Assembly (NCBI GenBank): GCA_052327205.1
Contig: CM126207.1
Span: 249,612,001 to 249,655,346 of the forward strand
Reading direction: 5' to 3'
DNA from: Somniosus microcephalus
Taxonomy: Eukaryota
DNA length: 43,346 nt
A model generated the notes under the pieces. The model ran no database searches, was not told where the DNA came from, and worked only from the letters and a program-made list of their open reading frames with translations. A program made the translations under genes and the position numbers. Position 1 is the first letter of the stretch, and every line of letters begins with the position of its first letter. Below, piece by piece: positions 36,726 through 43,346 of the stretch.

Positions 36726-37394
36726 GAGCCAATTTTAACCCTTCCTACTTGGTGGAAACTGAGTGAGCGGGCAGTTAAAATGGCCGGTGTGACTTACCCG
36801 TACTGATCCCATTCCCGCCTTGTGGGTTGCGAGCTTAAACTGCTCTTCTGAGCAGGCATGAGCGGCACCTGCCGGAAGGCAGCGGGGTCCTTCTTTAAAT
36901 ATGCAGATCAGGCTCCAATGATGTCATCGGAGCTCACCTGCAATTTTAACTTGAGGCCTGCGTGGAGAGGCTGTTGTAGCTTCCCCATCAGGCCAACTTG
37001 GTGGCACGAGGAGCCGGGGCCAGAAGAAGCCCAGAAAGTTAAGTGTATTTTATTTTTTTCATTAAAATTTCCTTGTGGAAACCTTGGACCACCCCATCCC
37101 TGAGCTTCCCTCCCCCTTCCATTGACTACAATGCCCTCCCAACCACTTACCTGAGTGTCGGGGATCATTCCTTCGGGTCCTCGTCAACAGCCTTCTGCCA
37201 CCCATAATCCCGCTCCCAACCGCCAGCCAGCTATCACTTGTCGCCAGGCTTGAGGTGGGAGACTGATGGGGCTGAAGCAGATCAGGCCCGAGAGTTAAAA
37301 TCTCCCGGACCACACGCTACAAAGAGCTAAATGGTTTGACATCCCCTCGGTTCCCACCCACATGACTCCAGTACGAGAGTTAAATTCAAGGCTT
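36726..37394. mobile_element. Degenerate GC-rich MITE
   Basis: Imperfect TIR GAGCCAATTTTAACCCTTCCTACT...AGTACGAGAGTTAAATTCAAGGCTT, repeated TTTTAAC/GTTAAAA motifs, and a decayed palindrome at 36912-36933. No clear TSD. Confidence 0.65.
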
Positions 37395-37400
37395 ATATGT

Positions 37401-38295
37401 TGTTAGAAACTAAAGATGCCTAAAAATGTATTTGGTTATGCGATTAAAAAATGCTGTGTTTAAATGGTTATGTTTGAATTGCAGACGGAAAGTCTCCTTG
37501 GGATAGATAAATGCTTAGAAGTGCTAATGTTTTGGTTTCCTACGGAGGGCAATCTCCCTGTTGCTAAGCGATTATCTGTTGTTTTTAAGTTAAGACTCGA
37601 ACCTTGTTTATATATTTTATGTATAATGCTAAGGTAGGATTTGAAGTTGGCTTAACAGAACTGCTTGTGAAGCTAACGGAAGGAAGTTTGGGGAAGTTAA
37701 CGTAAACATTTGCTACGTCATAAAGGAGGTAACACTCTGAAGCGAACAGGTTTCTAGTTGGGCCTCTTGAGATCAAAGAAGGATACGGACAAAAGAGATA
37801 AGACACGAATTCCACAGGAAGGAAACCCTGGGAAAATATAAACAGAGAAAGACATGTGGCCAAAATCGTAAGACATCTTTAGGGCGGGTTTTGACACAAG
37901 AATCGAGACAAACAACTAGAAGTCCCATTGGATATTAAGGTTTTAGGGAACTTCTATAGGTCAAAAGGTCTTGTCAATATCCAGGTTGAGGCCCACCCCT
38001 AAAAGTAGAATAAAAGTGACCTCCCAAAAGCTTATGCTCTCAGACGGAAGAGAAAGAGAGAGAGAGATTGTACTCACAGATGAAAGGAGGAAGAGAATTG
38101 CTCACGTGTGTCAACCGTTTGTCCGATCGGATCGGTATCAGCTTCTTGTCACAGTCGTATGTTTTTGCTGTATAACTAATGTGTTATATTCCGTTTAAAT
38201 TCTGACTAAACACAATATACCCACCATATTGGTTTGCACTTGAATCTGATTATTTAAAGTGGCTAGAGATAGCCGTAACTTGGCTATTTCTAACA
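37401..38295 (+). mobile_element. Solo LTR (ERV- or Gypsy-type), 895 bp
   Basis: Perfect 9-bp inverted termini TGTTAGAAA...TTTCTAACA and a perfect 4-bp TSD ATGT (37397-37400 and 38296-38299). U3-like order of GGGCGG 37882, ATTGG 37927, CCCACCC 37992 and TATA-like GAATAAAAG 38008, followed by a polyA-like ACTAAA at 38205. Strand is inferred from this order. Confidence 0.85.
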
Positions 38296-38449
38296 ATGTC
38301 GGACTCCAGTACCTGTCACTGTTGGGGCCAGCCCATCTCGTGTACATGCTAACATTTTCTTTACATTGAAACAATTGTATTCAGCTTTTGCAAAACACTT
38401 TGCTTGCATGAAAAGAGCCTGTGGTACGTAAGAATTTGAGAGTACATAC

Positions 38450-38560
38450 CAGACATATACAACAGGAAAATCTGCATCGGAAAATAATAAAGGCAGGTTA
38501 ATGTTTCAGGTGTGGACTCTTCTGCAGAACTAGAATATGTAAGATAAGAGATCCCTTTAT
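38450..38560 (-). mobile_element. Inverted Penelope terminal repeat (pLTR) with a decayed hammerhead core
   Basis: Minus strand reads AGTT-CTGCAGA-AGAGTCCACACCT-GAAAC-ATTAAC, an inverted homologue of the 40330-40410 end. Confidence 0.6.
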
Positions 38561-38694
38561 AGGGGTTGAAGTGAAGAGCAGGTAGAAGTCAAGAACACTG
38601 AATACAGCCTTCTGACACTGAGAGGCAATCATTAGGTATAATGGCCAGAAAACAGATTTTTCCTCATTGACCTGTCCTCAGCAAGGGAATGTAC

Positions 38695-39112
38695 TCTATT
38701 TGACAGGATGTGACAAGTGGTGCTCCCCAATGATCTCTACTGGGCCCTGAGTTTTTCACCATATATATTAATGACTTGGATGAAGGAATAGAGTTGCATA
38801 TTCAAGTTTGCAGATGGCACTAAGGTAGGAGGCACAGTAAGTCATGTTGATGGGAGCAGGAACTTATAAAAGTTCACAGGGAACTAAGTGAGTGGGCAAA
38901 ACAATGGCAGATGAAGTTCAAAGTGGGGAAGTGTGAGATCATCCACTTTGGATACGAGAAAGACAAATCAGAATATTTTCTCAATGGTGAGAGATTAGGA
39001 GCTGTGGAAAAGCAAAGGGATTTAGGTGTCCATGTACACAAAGTAATCAAAACGGCTAATGGAATGTTGACCTTTATCTCAAGGGGATTGATACTTCAGT
39101 TGTACAGAGTCT
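38695..39112 (+). mobile_element. CR1 LINE internal RT fragment
   Basis: Peptides VTSGAPQ*SLLGPEFFTIYINDLDEG, KFADGTK, and EWAKQWQMKFKVGKCEIIHFG...LNGERLGAVEKQRDLGVHVH. Confidence 0.92.
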
Positions 39113-40412
39113 CTACCAGGATCTCAACCTGGTTGAGGCCAAAAGGCAACTGTCTGATACCTGTTTCTATCTTCCTCTGAAAACCAAACATTTCCTAGAC
39201 TATCGCCGATTTCATCTCTTGCAGAGATTTTCTCTCCCCGTTGCCTCCAATACTACAGTTTCCCAATTCCTCGCAGCCCATTTCTACCTCCCCATGATCT
39301 GCAAACAGAACTGCCCGGGCAGGGCAGATAGATTTGTTTTATGTTCTCCTCTTCTCGTGACTCCGTTCTATCCTTCCTTGTCTAGTATCTACCAGCTCTT
39401 AGATGAATCTTTGGAAGCTCTTTACTGCATTGACAATTTCAGGTTTTATTGTACTACAGGGTAATTGTGTAATTTTTCACATTGGATGCACAATCCATTT
39501 AGACCTCGATGGCTATCCAGGATGACCTCCTGCTGTTCCATCTCTCTCTTGAACAGAACCCCAAACTGTTCACATCTTATACTTGGCTGAAGTTGTTCTC
39601 ACCCTGAACAAACTTTCTTTTCATTCCACTTACTTTTTCCACGTAAATATGTCATTATGAGAACCCATCTGGATCCCAGCTATGCCTGTCTTTTTGTAGG
39701 ATATACGGAACACTCTTTGCTCCTTCCCTCCTTTGTATTGATGACTATGTTGATGCCGGCTCCTGCTCTCAATCCAACCTACAGAATATCTCTTCATGGT
39801 CCACATATGTAATTCTGACTCTGTGTGACACACCACTTCAACTCCCTCCCCTATTGCTACTTTGGCCTCCTATACGGTTCCAACCAAATGAGTACAAACT
39901 TCAGGAACATATCTTATCTTTCTCTGAGATATTCTGCAGCTCTCTGGTCCAAACATTGAATTTGGAAACTTCAGACCATTAGGTACCCTCATCTTCTCGT
40001 CAGTTTCTCCCACTCACTCACTTGCCATTCCATCCCCCTTCATTTGTTTTTCCCTGTATGTGTGCAATCTTCCCATGTCTTTTCCCCACCTTCTTCAGCT
40101 ATGTTCATGCTCTTTTGCTCCTTTAATGTATTTTCGCTCCCTCATTGAGATGTTCTTCGTGCATCATCCAAGTGTTCACCTTTTTCTAGCCTTTCAAAAA
40201 ACCTGTTTACAGCCCACCAAACCCATTAGCTGCCTCTTTGTAACAGGAATCAACATTCCTGATTCTTGATTTCTTACTGTTCTTTTTGCCCTCCTTCCTC
40301 TTGTTCAATTCTTGCTTAGCTTTTAGTTTTCACTTCTGATGAAGGGTTACATTGTCCTTTCTCTTTACAGATGCTGACAGACCTGCTGTGCATTTACTGT
40401 TAGTTTTTTTTT
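39113..40412 (+). mobile_element. Penelope-like retroelement relic (RT, GIY-YIG C-terminus and 3' repeat)
   Basis: Decayed motifs EAKRQLSDTCFYLPL, AHFYLPMICKQNCPGR (cf. FYLLPKIHK..PGRP), LDAQSI*TS, LAEVVLTLN, PSYACLFVGY, CIDD at 39734 (YIDD), HFNS and LQLSGPNIEFGNFR. The 3' end reads TTCTGATGAAGGGT...ACAGATGCTGACAGACCTGCTG. Confidence 0.88.
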
Positions 40413-41609
40413 CCAAATTTGTACATGGCTGATGACTACAGAATATTGAAAATGTTCTATGATGGGCTGACCATAACAATAGCATAACCCACGTGCAACC
40501 TGTTCACTTGTGTGAATGGAACATTGTGGTATATTTCCCATAATTCAGTCACCAGCCAAGAATTGCATAATGTGTTACATTATTACCATTATCTTATCGC
40601 TAAACCACCTCTGCACTTGATATTTAGGAACTTTACCTGTTCTATATGATCTTTTGCAACATATAACCAGGAGAGTCTGTTTGCACATCATATGGATCTT
40701 AAATATCACAACCTCGGACAGGGAAAAATCTCCGACTGGAGACAAACCTTCTTGAAACAAGATACTAGTAAATGGGTATTACATTTCCTCAAATATGTCT
40801 TCTAATCATAAGTAATGAATTATTCAGCTCTAAAAGTCTTATTTTCAGAAATATTTATTGATGTAGGTTAGGAAAAGTCATCTTTGTGACATAGGTATTG
40901 ATGTACAGAGTGTGTAGCCAGTGGAACAACAAGTGTACACTGTCATGTTAAGCAGGATGACGTTTTCCGATTTAAAGATGACACCGAATTGGTCTTTTAA
41001 AAATTTATAATTTACTAATCAATGATTTGTTTTACTGGAACTTTTTAAAGGAAACCAATATATTTTGTAAGAAATGAAAGGGGAAAAAAAACTTTGATTT
41101 ATTCAAGATTAAGTTTGCAAAAAGCAAATAATATTCTGTCAATTTCTATAAAATACAAAAAAGATCTAAATTATTCAGCATATTAACAATATGCCTAGGA
41201 TTCGCTGTGACAATTAACCATTTAACTATGCTGTAAATGGTACATCATTTTGGCAAATGTCATGTGCTGACAAAATTTAGCAAAACGTGAAACCAATTTA
41301 TTGCTAAATTTTGTTCACATAATAAAAGGCTCTGCGACCCATTGCACAAAATTAGATTTCAACAATTCCTTTAATACTTGTACCTGATCACTACATTTGA
41401 CAGTCACAACAACTGGAAGTTATATGGTGAATTCAATTTTTGATAGGGTGGTTGAGGGTGAATGAGATGTCCTTTCATTTTGATGCCCCTTCTCAACTTT
41501 CCTTTGTGGGAGCTTCCAACGAATTGACCATCCTGGGTGGAAGGGCAGGTGAGTGATTGGCTCTTAAGCTTCCACCAATATGGCTCTATAACTGATATTT
41601 ATGATTTTA

Positions 41610-41720
41610 TAAGACATTGGGAAAGGGTAAGGCAATGGGATTATAGTAGATAGCTTCAGCTGAAGAGGGCCATCATAAATGGGCCGAATTGTCTCCTGTC
41701 ATGTAATTTCTATGATTCTA
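41610..41720 (+). mobile_element. CR1 3' tail fragment
   Basis: ATGGGCCGAATTGTCTCCTGTCATGTAATTTCTATGATTCTA, the CR1-type terminal stem plus TTCTATGA tail. Confidence 0.65.
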
Positions 41721-42090
41721 AGAACTTGGAAACACCCGAGAGCAACCCAGGGTGATTCTCTGTGAAGATCTGTTGGCCTTCACTCAATGCTTGCCCACGG
41801 TGGGCGAGTAAGATCTGGAAATCACAAAGTGGATTCAGAGTTTCACTTGCATCCTACCACTCTAAATAGTGTGTTGATGTGCCAATGTCACTTGCCATTG
41901 TGCTGCATTACCAGAGTGCCCTAGTGAACTACATTTTTATCCAATAACCAGTTAAATAGTTAAAAATCATTTATGAATTAGTATGAGAAATAGTCTTAGT
42001 CATCTTAGTACTTAAAACCATTTATCTAGATCTGATGTGGTTATGTGAAAAAATAACCAAGTGGCACACACCAAATTGACTGAAATGGCA

Positions 42091-42148
42091 GAACAGGAAC
42101 ATAAGAAATAAGAGTAGGCCACACGGCCCCTGGAACCTGATCTGCAAT
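42091..42148 (-). mobile_element. CR1 extreme 3' tail fragment
   Basis: GAACATAAGAAATAAGAGTAGGCCACACGGCCCCTGGAACCTG is the reverse complement of the tail type seen at 7580-7636. Confidence 0.7.
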
Positions 42149-42527
42149 GCACACCAAGTAGATTAAACTTACATTCCATATAATGTATAAGACCTGGAAC
42201 TAAATGTAATACGTACATCATCTCATACACCTAGAATATGTTTTTTTTTAATTCCACTAAAATGATATAATAAACTAACAAAACTAAATTTCACAGCTGT
42301 AGTGTCGCTCGGACCATCACCGAGTACACAGCATGACAACTCCCTTACCATAACTGCCGCTAAGCATTCTGGACAATCAATTGCGCACAAAAAAATATTT
42401 TACTGATGCTATCCAGCTGGCCCACAAAACACTTATACAACCTGAAATAAACTTATACAAGCATCACATAAATAAAATGAGAAACAAATAAACCTTTGCC
42501 CTTAGGTGAACTCCTAGCAGCTCCACT

Positions 42528-42552
42528 CACACACACACACACACACACACAC
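42528..42552. repeat. (CA)n microsatellite
   Basis: About 12 CA units. Confidence 0.95.
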
Positions 42553-42751
42553 GCTCCATCCTTGCATTCTCTTTCACAACCCAATGACAAGTAATGATGT
42601 CAGGAGCACACAAAGGCTGCCCCATCGACATTCTGGGGCGCTACTTCGCACACTGCACAACACAGCAGGAACAGAAAACTATATTAGACTAAAATTCCAC
42701 TCAAAATGTAACTTTTTATTTTTGAATTTAAAAAAAACCACTGCACACATA

Positions 42752-42903
42752 GGTGTAGCTTTTCAACTAGACACACGGACATCAGTCTCATGTTGCGGGA
42801 TTGGGTTGTAGAAATCGCCTCTTTCTATCAGGTGGTTTCTATAATGGGTGGGCAATCTGCTCTGCTTGTTCACCACCCAAGTGGTGATGGTGAAAGTGAC
42901 CCC
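42752..42903. mobile_element. Short MITE, family A copy 3
   Basis: TATAATGGGTGGGCAATCTGCTCTGC matches the reverse complement of 23612-23638. Degenerate TIRs GGTGTAGCTTTTCAAC...GGTGAAAGTGACCCC. Confidence 0.6.
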
Positions 42904-43029
42904 ATTGTGTAAGTAGAATGCTGCATCTGAAGTTGTAAGTACCACAATTAATTCATTTGGTAGCGAGATCTGTGTAATTTGTTTATGACTTTGTTGGTCA
43001 TGTGTTCATTCATTTGTGGAATAAACATT

Positions 43030-43150
43030 GGCCTGTAATTTGCGGTCGGGATGAACTGGCAGCGTTCAACGTCATTCCGCCTTTGAAACTGACCGCAACT
43101 TTGGGATTTGGCAAGTTGAGGTCCATCATTGACAGCTCCGAAACAGGCTG
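43030..43150. mobile_element. Probable left arm of another MITE
   Basis: Starts GGCCTGTAATT, like the other MITE termini, and has an internal inverted repeat TTGCGGTC / GACCGCAA. The right end is not visible in the window. Confidence 0.45.
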
Positions 43151-43151
43151 C

Positions 43152-43346
43152 GCTACACACACACACGCTACACACACACACACACACGCTAAACACACAC
43201 ACACACACGCTACACACATGCTACACACACACACGCGCTACACATGCCACACACACACACATGCTACACATGCCACACACACACACGCTACACATGCCAC
43301 ACACACACACGCTACACATGCCACACACATGCTACACATGCCACAC
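43152..43346. repeat. Compound CA-rich micro/minisatellite
   Basis: GCTA(CA)n units grade into GCTACACATGC(CA)n units, and the array runs off the window end. Confidence 0.95.

Noticed and set aside
38911-39464. ORFs with RT-like peptides as functional genes
   Set aside because: They are fragments of disrupted CR1 and Penelope RTs with stops, frameshifts and mutated catalytic motifs.
42948-43234. Cys/Val-rich ORFs
   Set aside because: They are translations of the (TG)n repeat.

Overview
This is non-coding, AT-rich vertebrate genomic DNA, almost certainly from a cartilaginous fish (shark). The assignment rests on an HE1-type V-SINE, a SacSINE1/DeuSINE, shark-type CR1 (HER1-like) 3' tails and a shark-type Penelope relic. 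I recognise no intact protein-coding gene. The listed ORFs are either short chance frames or decayed retroelement fragments. The window has two layers. (1) Mobile elements: several CR1 relics, three SINE types, a Penelope-like element with an inverted terminal repeat and decayed hammerhead cores, a clean 895-bp solo LTR (TGTTAGAAA...TTTCTAACA, ATGT target duplication), a hAT-type non-autonomous element, and about ten PIF/Harbinger-like MITEs, several with 3-bp target duplications. Some of these elements are nested. (2) Long, nearly transposon-free stretches carrying dense clusters of developmental transcription-factor motifs, plus two strong CTCF motifs in convergent orientation. This is consistent with the regulatory landscape (intron or gene desert) of a developmental gene, which I cannot name from sequence alone. 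Family names come from remembered consensus features, not from database searches. I found no convincing new protein-coding system. The most distinctive signals are the shared motif architecture of the MITEs, the solo LTR, the Penelope/hammerhead structure and the enhancer-like clusters.
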